Assembly (NCBI GenBank): GCA_003141555.1
Contig: PLMN01000023.1
Location: 79,916-143,915 of the forward strand
Direction: 5' to 3'
From: Candidatus Aminicenantes bacterium
Lineage (GTDB): Bacteria > Acidobacteriota > Aminicenantia > Aminicenantales > UBA4085
DNA: 64,000 bases
Below, piece by piece: positions 25,862 through 36,367 of this stretch; positions within the stretch are counted from its first letter, which is position 1; the number at the start of each line of letters is the position of its first letter. Under the pieces are notes generated by a model, which was given only the letters and a program-made list of their open reading frames with translations, was not told the origin of the DNA and made no database searches. The position numbers and the translations under genes are program-made.

Positions 25862-28609
25862 TCACTTCTTCTTCGGCGGTTTGGCCGGCGGCTTCGCGGG
25901 AGGCTTGGCCGGCGCTTTCTCCATTTCGGCCGAAAAGCGGCCGAGCGCCTTGATCATCCGGTCGTTCATGGCCCCGGCCAGCTGAGGCTGTTTCAACAGC
26001 AGGTCAAGGCCCGTGGCATTGGCCTTGGAGCAGTCCCGGATGTCCTTGTCGCTGAACCCCGCGTCGCGGAGGACGCGCAGCTCGACATCGGGGAGGTTCC
26101 CGGCGAGAAGGGATTTCTTGACGGAAGCCGTGGTCTCGGACTTGGCCTTCTTGATGACGTCGGGGATCGTCTTCAACAGGGGATCGAGAAGCCGGGCGGA
26201 GGATTCCAGGCTCTTGGCGAACTGGCCGCTCTCCTGGACATGGGTGCGCGCCCATTTCGCATCTTTCTTCTGGACCGCGCCGAGGTATTTGGCGTAGGAC
26301 TCGGACAGGGCGACGGCGTCGGCCGCCATGTCCAGGGCAGCCTGCGCTTGCTTGCGCGACTTCGCGTCCTTGATCCCGTCCAGGGCCGTCGTCTTGATGG
26401 GCTGCGCCTTGACCGGCGTCTGGAAGTCGGCGTCGGGGTCGTAGGCCGCGGTGTAGAGCGCGTGGGAGGTGACGATGAAGGCCGCCTCGGCGACGAACAT
26501 GGCCACGCCCCCGGGTATCGTGGGCGGGAAGGCGACGAGAACCATCCCGGCGGCCGTGGCGAGCCAGCCGGCCACGCCCGCGGAGATGCTCGAATACATG
26601 GCGATCTGCTTGGGGACGGAGACCTTGATGTCCACCTGGACCTGAGGCGGCACGCCCCCGATGTTGGCGCTGAGGCCGTTCGGGACCGTCTGCCAGGACA
26701 CCTTGGGAATGAAGTAATGCTGGGTGTCGCCCCACTGGGTGAACTGCAGGCAGTCGAAGTACTCGTTCATCACCGGGATGTAGGCGGTGACCAGGTCCCA
26801 CAGGAAATCGCTCCAGCCCTGGGGCGGGATCCAATCCCAGCGGTGGCTCCAGGGGATGTTGACCCAGATCGTCTCTTTAGGGTCGAGAGGAAGGGGAGCG
26901 GGAGTGGGGCCCCAGCTGTTGGCCGCGTCCATGTTGTCGGGCCAGTAGTTGTCCCAGCTGGACGACTGCGGCCGCCGGACGATGTTGCACCGGTCGTCCT
27001 TCCAGCCGAACGTGATCGTCTGGGGAAGATCGCTCGGATTCTCGATCTTGAAGCAGAGAAAGTAGGTGTTGTTCATGGTCGGGACACCGTGGTCCGCGGG
27101 CTTCACCTTCGAAATGCCGCTCGGGAAGCTCCCGTCGAGCCAGGAAGTGTCGGTGATGAACGTCTCGAGGATGCGCGGATGGCGCTTGTCGCAGACGACC
27201 TTGCGCTTGTAATAATTCGCCGCGGCGGTGACGTTGCCGGCGTTGTCCTTGCCCCGGACGTAGACCCAGAAAGATTTGTTTTCCTGGTCGGCGCAGGAGG
27301 TGTTCACGGTGAAGCTCCATGAGGCCGTGCCTGTCGCCTGGGTCCACGCCGTCTGGTCCAGGCTCCACTCGACCGACGCCAGGCCGCTCTCCGGATCGGA
27401 CGCCGTGCCGGTGAGCGTGACCGAGATCTGGTCCGTTTTAAGGTCGGCGCCGGGCGACGCCCCGGTGACCGCGGGGGCATTCGGGTCGGTCACGGTCGGC
27501 CCGTGGATGACATAGGTCGAGGCGATGACCGACGTCCCCTGTTTGGCCTCGAAATAATATGTGTGCGCGCCGTAATTCAGAGGGACGGCGTATTTGTAGC
27601 GGAGGCCCTGGGTATAGCTCGTGTCCCGGGTCATCTGATGAGATTGGCTATCGACATAGACCCACAGGCTGTCGGGCGTGACGTTGTCGGCTGAGCTGAA
27701 CGTCGCGTAGAACGTGAACGTGCCGCCGTGCGGCCCGGGATCGGGAGCGACCACCGGGGCGATCGAGCGGTTCTGGTAGGCGACCGTGGTGATCGTATAG
27801 CTGCCCAGCTTGTAGCCCACCGCGGCGGAAACGCCGGCGTTGTCCACGGCGATCCCGTCGTAGGAGTAAAGATGGAAATCGAACCGGTAGGGGCCGGGAA
27901 CCTCCACTTTGAACTCGTGGGTGAAGGCCTTGCTCCGAGTGCCCGAGTTTGCAGAAGAATAGAGCTCGGGGACCGACTCCGACCACGACCAGCCGGCCCG
28001 GGACACGCTCCCCGGCTCGTAGACCGCGACGTAGAGCGTGGCGGCCTTCGTCCTTTTGGCCGAATCGCCGTTGTAAACAGTGATCGTCAAGGTGATCTTG
28101 TCCCGGTGGTCCGGATTCCCCTGGGACGGCATATCGGCGACCGGGCTGGCGGGCGTATGCGTCGCGGTCACGGAGAGGCAGGCCTTGGCCTGATCCACGG
28201 AGGCATATTGGACGCCGACGGAAAAGCTCGTGGATCCGGCGGTTTGCCAGCCGAAGCCGGTGTTCCCGATCCGGACCGTGACCTGCCAGGCGCCCTCGGG
28301 AATGACCTGGCAGGTGCGGGTGAACTCCTGCGAGCTCCCGACCGCGACATTGAACGCATCCTGCTGCGAACACCCGCTGCTGCCGCTCGGCCCCGACCAG
28401 TCGACTTTTAAGAACAGGGGCGACGGGATGGTGGAGGCCGTATCCATTGTGATCTTGAATTTGACGGTCACGGTGTCGCCGTAGACTGCATTCTGGGGAG
28501 TCTGGAGCCATTGGATCTGGACGGCGAGCGCCGGAGCCGGGCGCAGCAGGACCGCAAGCAGGAAAATAGGAATAAGAAGCCGGATTCGACCCGCGATGGA
28601 TTTTCTCAT
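25862..28609 (-). CDS. Large secreted surface protein (915 aa) with Ig-like beta-rich region, C-terminal TM helices and a (PPAK)n tail
   Basis: GGGGAGG RBS. Signal peptide LLIPIFLLAVLLRPAPALA. Ends ...APAKPPAKPPAKPPKKK. Confidence 0.75.
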   Translation of the reverse strand: MRKSIAGRIRLLIPIFLLAVLLRPAPALAVQIQWLQTPQNAVYGDTVTVKFKITMDTASTIPSPLFLKVDWSGPSGSSGCSQQDAFNVAVGSSQEFTRTCQVIPEGAWQVTVRIGNTGFGWQTAGSTSFSVGVQYASVDQAKACLSVTATHTPASPVADMPSQGNPDHRDKITLTITVYNGDSAKRTKAATLYVAVYEPGSVSRAGWSWSESVPELYSSANSGTRSKAFTHEFKVEVPGPYRFDFHLYSYDGIAVDNAGVSAAVGYKLGSYTITTVAYQNRSIAPVVAPDPGPHGGTFTFYATFSSADNVTPDSLWVYVDSQSHQMTRDTSYTQGLRYKYAVPLNYGAHTYYFEAKQGTSVIASTYVIHGPTVTDPNAPAVTGASPGADLKTDQISVTLTGTASDPESGLASVEWSLDQTAWTQATGTASWSFTVNTSCADQENKSFWVYVRGKDNAGNVTAAANYYKRKVVCDKRHPRILETFITDTSWLDGSFPSGISKVKPADHGVPTMNNTYFLCFKIENPSDLPQTITFGWKDDRCNIVRRPQSSSWDNYWPDNMDAANSWGPTPAPLPLDPKETIWVNIPWSHRWDWIPPQGWSDFLWDLVTAYIPVMNEYFDCLQFTQWGDTQHYFIPKVSWQTVPNGLSANIGGVPPQVQVDIKVSVPKQIAMYSSISAGVAGWLATAAGMVLVAFPPTIPGGVAMFVAEAAFIVTSHALYTAAYDPDADFQTPVKAQPIKTTALDGIKDAKSRKQAQAALDMAADAVALSESYAKYLGAVQKKDAKWARTHVQESGQFAKSLESSARLLDPLLKTIPDVIKKAKSETTASVKKSLLAGNLPDVELRVLRDAGFSDKDIRDCSKANATGLDLLLKQPQLAGAMNDRMIKALGRFSAEMEKAPAKPPAKPPAKPPKKK

Positions 28610-28852
28610 GGGCCTCCCCTATCCGCGCGTATGCGTTACCGCCCTTTGGCCCAAGAATACGCGCGGCGGCGCGGGGGTGTCAAGACGCGGAGGAGATCCC
28701 TCGCTTCGCTCGCAACGACGTTTTGGCCATGAGATTGCTTCGCTCCCAAGGGTCGCTCGCAATGACAATCGTGTTATAATACCGCGACGCGCCGGGCGCG
28801 CGAAACGCGGGGGCGACAGGCCCCAAGGGGCCGCTTTCCACGAGGAGGTTAC

Positions 28853-29575
28853 ATGGCTACGGTACTTCAAGTCGATAATCTGCGGAAGACCTACGGGAGC
28901 TTCCAGGCCGTCAAGGGCGTGAGCTTCCAGGTCGCCGAGGGCGAGGTCTTCGCCCTGATCGGCCCGAATGGGGCCGGCAAGACGACCACGCTCCGGGTCA
29001 TCGCTACGCTGCTCACCCTCTCGGGCGGCGACGTGACGATGGACGGCTTCGACCTCAAGAAGCACCCCGACAAGTTCCGCGAGCGCATCAGCTACCTGCC
29101 GGAAGAGGCGGGCGCCTACAAGAACCTGAAGGGCATCGATTACCTCAAGTTCATGGCCCGCTTCTACGCTTCGACGGACGCCCAGTACGACGAGATCATC
29201 AAGCGGGCCGAGGGGATCGCCGACCTGGGCGACCGGCTCTACGTCAAGGTCGGGACCTACAGCAAGGGCATGGTCCGCAAGCTCCTGCTCGCCCGGGCCC
29301 TGATGACAAAGCCCCGCCTGGCCATCCTCGACGAGCCGACCTCGGGGCTCGACGTCATCAACTCGCTCGAGGTGCGGGAGATCATCAAGCGCTATGCGCG
29401 CGAGGGCATCTCGGTCCTCCTCTCCTCGCACAACATGCTCGAGATTGAGTACCTCTCCGACCGGGTGGCCCTGATCGACAAGGGCGTCATCCTCGACGCC
29501 GGCACCCCCGCGTCGCTCAAGGAGAAATACCAGGCCGGCAACCTCGAAGTCGTGTTCAGGAGCGCCCTCCGATGA
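28853..29575 (+). CDS. ABC transporter ATP-binding protein
   Basis: Walker A GPNGAGKTT; signature-like YSKGMVRK; Walker B ILDEPTSGLD. GAGGAGG RBS. Confidence 0.9.
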   Translation: MATVLQVDNLRKTYGSFQAVKGVSFQVAEGEVFALIGPNGAGKTTTLRVIATLLTLSGGDVTMDGFDLKKHPDKFRERISYLPEEAGAYKNLKGIDYLKFMARFYASTDAQYDEIIKRAEGIADLGDRLYVKVGTYSKGMVRKLLLARALMTKPRLAILDEPTSGLDVINSLEVREIIKRYAREGISVLLSSHNMLEIEYLSDRVALIDKGVILDAGTPASLKEKYQAGNLEVVFRSALR

Positions 29576-30858
29576 AAAAATTCCAGAACCTGCTGGTCAA
29601 GGAAGTCCGGGAGCTGGTCACCAAACAGCTCGTCGTCTCGCTCGTCATGACCATGGCTCTCTTCTACTTCATCGGAAACCTGGCCAAGAGCGAGGCCAAG
29701 CGGGCCTCGGCTTCGCAGAAGATCGCCGTCCTCGACCTCGACAAATCCGAGCTCTCCACCGGCCTGCTGGCCAACATGAAGACCATGAATTACGCGGTGG
29801 ACGCGTTCGAGGGCGACAAGGACGCGGCCCTGGCCAAAGCCAAGGCGGGCGAGACGAGCCTCCTGCTCGTCATCCCCCAGGGCTTCGGCACGTCGGTCGC
29901 GAAGTTCGAGACCAAGGAAATCGAATCCTACACGTTCCTGCGCGGCTTCTCGCTCGGCGGGGCGCGGAACTCGGGCATTCTCCAGGCCGTGGTCGGGGCG
30001 ATCAACAATTACCTCTCGAGCGACTTCCTGAAGAAGAAGATCCCCGACCTCGATCCGGACAATATCAAGCATCCGATCAAGACCAAGGATTTCATCATCG
30101 TCAAGGACAAGATGGCCCAGGGCTCGGCCTCGGCCATCTACGGCTTCGTCTTCAGCCAGTCGATCTTCGTCCCGGTCATCCTGATGATGATCATCATCTA
30201 CTCCGCGCAGATGGTCATCTCGGCCATCGCCATGGAAAAGCAGAACAAGACGCTCGAAACGCTCCTGACGGTGCCCATCAAGCGGACCTCCATCGTCACC
30301 ACCAAGATGTTGGCCGCGGGCATCGTCGGCCTCGCTTCGGCCGCCATCTACATGATCGGCTTCAAGTCGTACATGGGCGGTATGACGGGCGGCATGGGTC
30401 AGGCGACGGGCGGCATGCAGAGCGCCATCCAGCAGCTCGGCCTGTCGCTTAACACGGGCGGCTACTTGGTCTTGGGCGCCTCGCTCTTCTTCGCCATCCT
30501 CTGCGGCCTGGCCATGGCCATGATCCTGGGCGTGATGGCCGAGGACTTCCGCAGCGCCCAGATGATGGTCATGCCCATGGTCTTCCTGGTCATGATCCCC
30601 TACTTCATCTCGTTCTTCGCCGACTTCCGGACGCTGAGCCTGCCGGTCAAGATCCTGGTCTGGGTCATCCCCTTCTCTCACCCGTTCCTGGCGACGCAGA
30701 ACATCATCCTCGGTAACACGCAGGGGCTGTTGCTCGGGATCGCATACATGTTCGTCTTTTTCCTGGTCATGGTGGTCATCGCCGCCCGGATCTTCTCCAC
30801 GGACCGCGTCCTGACGATGAAGCTGAGGTGGGGAAAGAAAAAGGGGGCGGCGGCCTGA
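29572..30858 (+). CDS. ABC-2 family transporter permease
   Basis: Start overlaps the ATPase stop (ATGA). N-terminal TM helix, large extracytoplasmic loop, then a multi-TM core. Confidence 0.8.
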   Translation: MKKFQNLLVKEVRELVTKQLVVSLVMTMALFYFIGNLAKSEAKRASASQKIAVLDLDKSELSTGLLANMKTMNYAVDAFEGDKDAALAKAKAGETSLLLVIPQGFGTSVAKFETKEIESYTFLRGFSLGGARNSGILQAVVGAINNYLSSDFLKKKIPDLDPDNIKHPIKTKDFIIVKDKMAQGSASAIYGFVFSQSIFVPVILMMIIIYSAQMVISAIAMEKQNKTLETLLTVPIKRTSIVTTKMLAAGIVGLASAAIYMIGFKSYMGGMTGGMGQATGGMQSAIQQLGLSLNTGGYLVLGASLFFAILCGLAMAMILGVMAEDFRSAQMMVMPMVFLVMIPYFISFFADFRTLSLPVKILVWVIPFSHPFLATQNIILGNTQGLLLGIAYMFVFFLVMVVIAARIFSTDRVLTMKLRWGKKKGAAA

Positions 30859-30939
30859 TCGTCATAAATCGGTGACAGGATACGGATTTCCGAATTCGAT
30901 GACGCGCAACCGTGTCCCAGAAATAGCGAGATCGCGGCG

Positions 30940-31572
30940 ATGATGAGCCTGCCCGCTCCCCTGCTGACCGCCCTCCGTTGGGACGAGGCGCTTTTTAAAT
31001 TCATCAACTCCCACCACTCCGCGGTGTTCGACGCCGTGTTCTGGTCCTTGAGCACGTTCGGCAGCGGCTGGGGAATCATCCCGGCTTATTTCGTCTTTAC
31101 CCTGTTCACGGCCCCCAAGAGGCGCGTCTGGGCGATCATCGCCGCCTCGGGCGTCACCCTGATCGCGGGTGGGATCCTGAGCTCGACGATCAAGGTGCAC
31201 GTGGACCGCTCGCGCCCGACGATCTACTTCAAGGCGCCATCGGCGGAGGAGGCGGCGCAGACCGACGCCTCGCGCGCCTTCATCGTTCGCAACATCGGCC
31301 CGCGCCTGCGCGACCATGCATTTCCATCCGGCCACACATGGACGGCCTTCGCCATCGCCACCCTGATGACGCTCTTTTTCGGGCGAAAATATTGGTGGGC
31401 GTATCTCATCGCGGCGGCCATCGGCTATTCGCGGATCTACGTCGGCGTCCACTTCCCACTGGACGTCCTGGGCGGGGCGGGCTGCGGCGCGCTGCTGGCC
31501 TATCTCGTCTGGCGGGTGACGGCCTGGATCGCGCCCCGCCGGGCGCGCCCGCAGGGGGGGGGAATTCGGTGA
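30940..31572 (+). CDS. PAP2-family (type 2 phosphatidic acid phosphatase) membrane phosphatase
   Basis: Motifs KVHVDRSRP, PSGHT and SRIYVGVHFPLD. Confidence 0.85.
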   Translation: MMSLPAPLLTALRWDEALFKFINSHHSAVFDAVFWSLSTFGSGWGIIPAYFVFTLFTAPKRRVWAIIAASGVTLIAGGILSSTIKVHVDRSRPTIYFKAPSAEEAAQTDASRAFIVRNIGPRLRDHAFPSGHTWTAFAIATLMTLFFGRKYWWAYLIAAAIGYSRIYVGVHFPLDVLGGAGCGALLAYLVWRVTAWIAPRRARPQGGGIR

Positions 31573-31707
31573 CATGACCCAATTCTCTGGAATTGGAATC
31601 GTGTCACCTGAATTCCCCCGGTCCGGAACGTCCTTCCTCGGAAGCCCCGTTGACAAGGAGGACGATTGAGGCCATACTTCTTCCAAGTATTCAGCGAGGA
31701 GAAACCC

Positions 31708-32151
31708 ATGAAAGTCAAATTTGTCGCCGTAGTAGGATTGGCCGCTTTTATCGCCTTCGGGGTGATGACGGCAAGCGCTCAGGGCAACCGGACGGTTCTG
31801 CGCATCGACAGCGTCAAGATCACCAAGACCGAATGCGGGAAGCCGCTGGAATTCCAGATCGTAATCAAGAACGCCGGCGCGCAGGGCTTCAACCGGGAAA
31901 TCGCCGTGGTCATCAAGAACGGCAACAACCATATCGGCCACCAGTTCGTCATGAGCATCGGGGCCGGCCTGACGATCACGGACACGCAGTCCTCCCTCAA
32001 CGCGGACTTCCTGGCCGATTGCTGCAAGCAGGTCTGTTTCGAAGTCAGCCTGGCCGCGACCGTGAACGGCGGCGACGTCGCGGAATGGAACAAGGTGCCC
32101 TTCAAGCTTTGCACCAAGCCCGGGAACGTGGTCGTCGTCCCCGGCCGCTGA
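31708..32151 (+). CDS. Small secreted hypothetical protein (CARDB/Ig-like)
   Basis: GAGGAG RBS. MKVKFVAVVGLAAFIAFGVMTASAQG signal peptide. Confidence 0.6.
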   Translation: MKVKFVAVVGLAAFIAFGVMTASAQGNRTVLRIDSVKITKTECGKPLEFQIVIKNAGAQGFNREIAVVIKNGNNHIGHQFVMSIGAGLTITDTQSSLNADFLADCCKQVCFEVSLAATVNGGDVAEWNKVPFKLCTKPGNVVVVPGR

Positions 32152-32175
32152 GCGCCGCGGCGGTCGCGGCCTCCC

Positions 32176-34341
32176 CTACCACCGCCAGAGATAGCTGACC
32201 TTGAAGAAAAAGCCTCGTTTGGTCTCGAGGAACCGGTCGCTGGCCTCGTATTCGCTCCCGTTCCAGCGGATTTGTTCGAAAGCCGACCCGTAACCGACGT
32301 AGACGACCGTCCCGGGGATGTAGGTGAACGAGGCCAGCGTGTCCACGGTCATGCGCTTGTAGTAGAAGTTGTACTCGACGATCGCCCGCAGGAAGAAGTA
32401 CTTGTTGACCTGGAAGGTGTTGAAGCTGCGGACGATCGTGTAGTCGTAGATCTTCACCCCGTCCGCTCGGCGGTAGAAATCCTGGTAGGCCAGCGCCAGG
32501 CTGAAGTCCAGCTGGTCGATCGGCTGGAGCTCCAAGGAGGCCTGGGCGTTGTTGCCCTGGCCCTGGTAGGGCGCGTCGGGATCGTAGTAGACCTCCCCCC
32601 GGTAGCGGTAGTAGAGGTTCAGGTAGAAATGCTTCGACATCTGCGAGCGGAACTGGAAGCCGATGCCGGTCGTGTCGAAGCTCCGGCTCTGGTAGATCTC
32701 GTTGGCCACGGGGACGTCGATCCGGAACTGGGTCGAGCGCGGAAGCCAGAAGCGGAGAGTGAAGAGGTTGAACGACTCGATCTTGTTGGAGGCGGTGTCC
32801 AGGAGCTGGTAGCTCCAGTAGAAGGGCTCGATGCGCTGGAAGAAGCTCGACTTGGGATAGAACGCGTATTCGGCGAAAATCGCCAGCCGTCGCAGCCCGG
32901 TCCTCTGGAGGAATCCCGTGTCCACCCGGAAGTCCCGGGAGATGTCCTGGTAGCCGATGTCCAGCGAGAGATGCCGGTCGCTATGCGTGTAGTCCAGGCC
33001 GAGGGCATGCCCGTCGAGCGCGTCCGCCTGGCCCGGACTCCGGGAAAACGACCCGAACCAATGGAACGAGACGACGTCGGTGGGGGTGAAGCGAAAGCGC
33101 CCGTCCGCGCCCCCGACCCGGTTGTAGCCACCCTGTTGCTCGCGTCCCGTATAGAAGCCGCCGATGTAGGAGTCTTCATTGAGGGCGTGCTTGACCCGGA
33201 AGATGGAGAAAACGGGATGCTCGTCCAAACCGGTCCCGGGCTCGTTGTCGCGGGCGTAGATGGCCGAGAACGTGTTGGTCGGCCCGATCTTCCCGCCGAG
33301 CTTGAAGCCGTAGTTCGGCGATACGATGGTCCGGGTGTGGACCAGATCCGTGAGCGGGGCTTCCTCGGTGTTGCCGGCGAACTGCCAGATCTCATTGCCC
33401 TCGAGGAAAAACGGCCGCTTCTCCGGATAGTACAGGGCATACCGGAGGTTGATGTCGACCTGCCCGGCGTCGGACTCGACCTGGCTGAAGTCCGGATGGA
33501 CGGCCGCGTCGAGGGTGAGGTCGTTGCTGAGGCCGATCTTGCCGGTCAGGCCGAGGTCGGTCTCGCGCTCATCCGTCCGGAGCCGCCCTCCAGAGGCGGA
33601 GCTTTTGTCGCTGTGGGTGATCGACGGCAGGAGCTCGACCACCCGCTGGAAATGGAGGCCCGTCACCGTGACGGGCTGGGTCTGGGCGATGATGCTTCCT
33701 TTGTCGACATAGATCGGCGGCGCGCTGGCCATTTCCGAGGTCCGGACGAGCTGGCGGAAGTAGCCCAGCCGGATGGTGATGTCCCGGCCGGCCGGGAAGC
33801 GGATGCTCTGGAGCGGGATCCGGTATTCGACGACGTAGCCTTTGTCGTCGATCATGCCCTTGCTGTACCAGACGAAGTCCTGGTCCGCCGTCAGGTTGCC
33901 GTTCGCGTCCATCATGCCGTCCCCCTGGATGCCCAGGGGGTTGACCAGGAAGCCGTAGCCGCTCTGCATGGTATTGTACGTATCGATGACGACGCCCACG
34001 AAATCGTCCGAGAAAATAGCGTCCCACTTGCACATCGAGGCCTTGATCTTGGACGGGTCGGTATCGTAGCAGCGGAAGGCGAAATAGAGGTTGTCCGCGT
34101 CGTAGAGGAAATAGCCCTCGGTCTTCTGGCTGGGCTCCTTGCCGTAATCGGGCTTGAAGGTCTTGAAGTTGTCCATCCGGAGGGCGCCGTCCCACTCGCC
34201 GGGCTCGAGCTTCCCATCGATGACGGGCGGCTTCGGCGCCGGCGCGAGATCCCGGGTGGCCAGGGCGGAGAAGGCAGGGACGGCGAGCAGCACCGCCGCC
34301 AGAAGAGCCGCCGGGATCCGGGATGTCAATCGTTTCTTCAT
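32176..34341 (-). CDS. Outer-membrane-type protein with N-terminal CBM9-like domain and DUF5916-like beta-rich body
   Basis: Signal peptide. DGKLEPGEWDGALRMDNF...YFLYDADNLYFAFRC (CBM9-like). C-terminus ...FFFKVSYLWRW. GTG 34353 is an alternative start. Confidence 0.7.
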   Translation of the reverse strand: MKKRLTSRIPAALLAAVLLAVPAFSALATRDLAPAPKPPVIDGKLEPGEWDGALRMDNFKTFKPDYGKEPSQKTEGYFLYDADNLYFAFRCYDTDPSKIKASMCKWDAIFSDDFVGVVIDTYNTMQSGYGFLVNPLGIQGDGMMDANGNLTADQDFVWYSKGMIDDKGYVVEYRIPLQSIRFPAGRDITIRLGYFRQLVRTSEMASAPPIYVDKGSIIAQTQPVTVTGLHFQRVVELLPSITHSDKSSASGGRLRTDERETDLGLTGKIGLSNDLTLDAAVHPDFSQVESDAGQVDINLRYALYYPEKRPFFLEGNEIWQFAGNTEEAPLTDLVHTRTIVSPNYGFKLGGKIGPTNTFSAIYARDNEPGTGLDEHPVFSIFRVKHALNEDSYIGGFYTGREQQGGYNRVGGADGRFRFTPTDVVSFHWFGSFSRSPGQADALDGHALGLDYTHSDRHLSLDIGYQDISRDFRVDTGFLQRTGLRRLAIFAEYAFYPKSSFFQRIEPFYWSYQLLDTASNKIESFNLFTLRFWLPRSTQFRIDVPVANEIYQSRSFDTTGIGFQFRSQMSKHFYLNLYYRYRGEVYYDPDAPYQGQGNNAQASLELQPIDQLDFSLALAYQDFYRRADGVKIYDYTIVRSFNTFQVNKYFFLRAIVEYNFYYKRMTVDTLASFTYIPGTVVYVGYGSAFEQIRWNGSEYEASDRFLETKRGFFFKVSYLWRW

Positions 34342-34520
34342 GTCAACGCTCACTTTATGAAAACCGGTAAGAAGCTTAACTTTGCCCCTCCGCTATTAAA
34401 GACGAAAAATGGGCGAAGAAAGTTTGCGTGGGATGGAACTCCGCATCTCGAGGAGGGATACGGACTCTTATCTTTCAGGAAGCTCGACGTGCCCGCGGGC
34501 GCGGACCGCCGCTTCCTTAC

Positions 34521-35822
34521 CTATTTTTTCTTGGGTGCGGGACCCGGCGCGGGCGCCGTTTCCGCACTCTTCAACGGGACGTCGCGCTTTTCCGCAAGGA
34601 GCAACGCGTCGCGGCTGTCGCGCCAGTGATAGCCGAGGTGGAAGGGCAGCTTCGGGATGATCTCCGCCCCCTCGGCATAGGCCTTCTGCAGGTCGGGCTG
34701 GTCGACCCCCGAGAAATCCCGGATGGGCTTGGCGTATTCCCCGTAGAGCCGCACTTGCCACTCCGCCAGCTTGAACTGTTTGTAGGCGATGCCGGTATCG
34801 TCCTCGAGGATGAACTTGCTCCGGGACAAGACCAACTCGCGCATGTGGGAGAACTCGGCGTAGTGCAGCAGGTAGGACCCCGACTTGATGTACGTCGTCG
34901 CGGGCGGCATGACGAGCTTGTCGAGATACATGTAGAACGACGATTCTTTGGCGAAGATCTTGTTCTGGAGATCGCACGAGACGTAGATGATCGTCTTGGG
35001 CTGGGGCATGCCCGGCCGCACGAACCGGATATTGAGGCCGTAGGGCCGGAAGGCCTTCTTGGCCTGGTCGTAGGGCGATTCCACCGCCTCGCCCAGCCCT
35101 TCGAACTCGAGGCGCTTCACGTCGATGATCGTATGGCCCGTCCGCTTGAGGAAGACGGCGATGACCGGCAGGACGCCCTCCAATTGGCCGTAGAGAGTCG
35201 CGTCCATGTGCGAGGTGATGAAATAGCTCTTCTCGAAGAAATCCTTGAGAGAAGAGGCCAGGCTGTTCCAGTATGTTTCGGCCTGGGCCCCCTTCCACTC
35301 GGTCGGGCGGGGGAGCCGGCCGCAGAATTCGAGCCCGAGCAGGACATAGGTCTCGGCGTCGGGGAAGAACTCGAAGGCGGACATGAAGTCGGGCCCGCCG
35401 AAAGGATAGAAGAGGAACTTGCCCCAGATGCGGGCATCGAAGAGCTCCTTTTCGGCCCAGAGGCGCATCGGGGCGAGGCGCTTCGCCTCGAGCTCGGCCC
35501 AGCTCTTGTCCATCGACTCGGCGAACTTCGTCCAAGCCGGCGATTCGCGGAGCGCCTTGAGGGCCGGCGCGTCCCCGGGCAGGCCGGCGAGGAGGGCCGC
35601 GATCTCGTCGAGCGACGGTTCGGGGAGCGGCGCGGGCTTCTCCGCCGCGGGTTTCTCGGCGGCCGGAACGGCCTTTTGAGCCGCGTGCTTGGCCGCCGGC
35701 TTGGCCGCCTGCCCCGTCGCCGGGGAGGCGGATAAGGACGGAGCGACGGCCGCGACGATCAGGCCGGCGGCAAGCAGGAGGGCGGCGGTAGATTTGCGAT
35801 GACCGATCATTCTCAAGACCAT
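34521..35822 (-). CDS. Secreted hypothetical protein
   Basis: Signal peptide MIGHRKSTAALLLAAGLIVAAVAPSLSA. Normal amino-acid composition, whereas the overlapping alternative-frame ORF 34468..35868 is R/G/P-rich. Confidence 0.65.
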   Translation of the reverse strand: MVLRMIGHRKSTAALLLAAGLIVAAVAPSLSASPATGQAAKPAAKHAAQKAVPAAEKPAAEKPAPLPEPSLDEIAALLAGLPGDAPALKALRESPAWTKFAESMDKSWAELEAKRLAPMRLWAEKELFDARIWGKFLFYPFGGPDFMSAFEFFPDAETYVLLGLEFCGRLPRPTEWKGAQAETYWNSLASSLKDFFEKSYFITSHMDATLYGQLEGVLPVIAVFLKRTGHTIIDVKRLEFEGLGEAVESPYDQAKKAFRPYGLNIRFVRPGMPQPKTIIYVSCDLQNKIFAKESSFYMYLDKLVMPPATTYIKSGSYLLHYAEFSHMRELVLSRSKFILEDDTGIAYKQFKLAEWQVRLYGEYAKPIRDFSGVDQPDLQKAYAEGAEIIPKLPFHLGYHWRDSRDALLLAEKRDVPLKSAETAPAPGPAPKKK

Positions 35823-35986
35823 GTTCCCTTCTCCGGGGCGGCCCTCTCTGGGGCCGCGCAAAATCCATACTACAGCCCGCTATTATATACGATTTCGGGC
35901 TTATCTAAAAAAAGGGGACGGTTCTATTTTTTTCCGCGCCTTCGCCCGAACCGCCCGGAAGCGCTAAAAAATAGAACCGTCCCCTT

Positions 35987-36364
35987 TTATTTCAGGATGA
36001 CGATGGTCGCGCCCCAGCCGCCCTCGGAGGCGTCGGCCAGGGCGAACGATTCGACGCCGGGAGTCCGGCCGAGGATCGCATGGACGGTCTGGAGCAGCGC
36101 GCCCGTCCCCTTCCCGTGGACGATCCGGACGCGCAGGATGCCAGCCGCACGGCAGGCTTCGAGGTACTCGGGCACGAGGTTCTTGACGTCCGCGGGCAGG
36201 AATGTATGGAGATCGAGCGTCCCGTCGATGGGGAGCTCGACGGGCTCCTCGCCGCCCTCGCCGAAGGGGTTTACCGTCGCCCCGCAGTCGCAGGCCACAG
36301 TCGTGCCGAACTGGAACAAGGTGACGTCGTATTCGCGGCCGCAGTCGGGACAACGGATGGCCAC
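35987..36364 (-). CDS. Zinc-ribbon + Smr-domain small protein
   Basis: CPDCG...CDCG zinc ribbon. Smr-like LDLHTF...EACRAAGILRVRIVHGKGTGAL. GTG start with GGAGGTG RBS. Confidence 0.75.
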   Translation of the reverse strand: MAIRCPDCGREYDVTLFQFGTTVACDCGATVNPFGEGGEEPVELPIDGTLDLHTFLPADVKNLVPEYLEACRAAGILRVRIVHGKGTGALLQTVHAILGRTPGVESFALADASEGGWGATIVILK

Positions 36365-36367
36365 GGA

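Noticed and set aside
34468-35868. 466-aa ORF overlapping the 34521..35822 gene in another frame
   Set aside because: It is R/G/P-rich and has no domain. The alternative frame has a signal peptide and normal composition, so only that frame was called.
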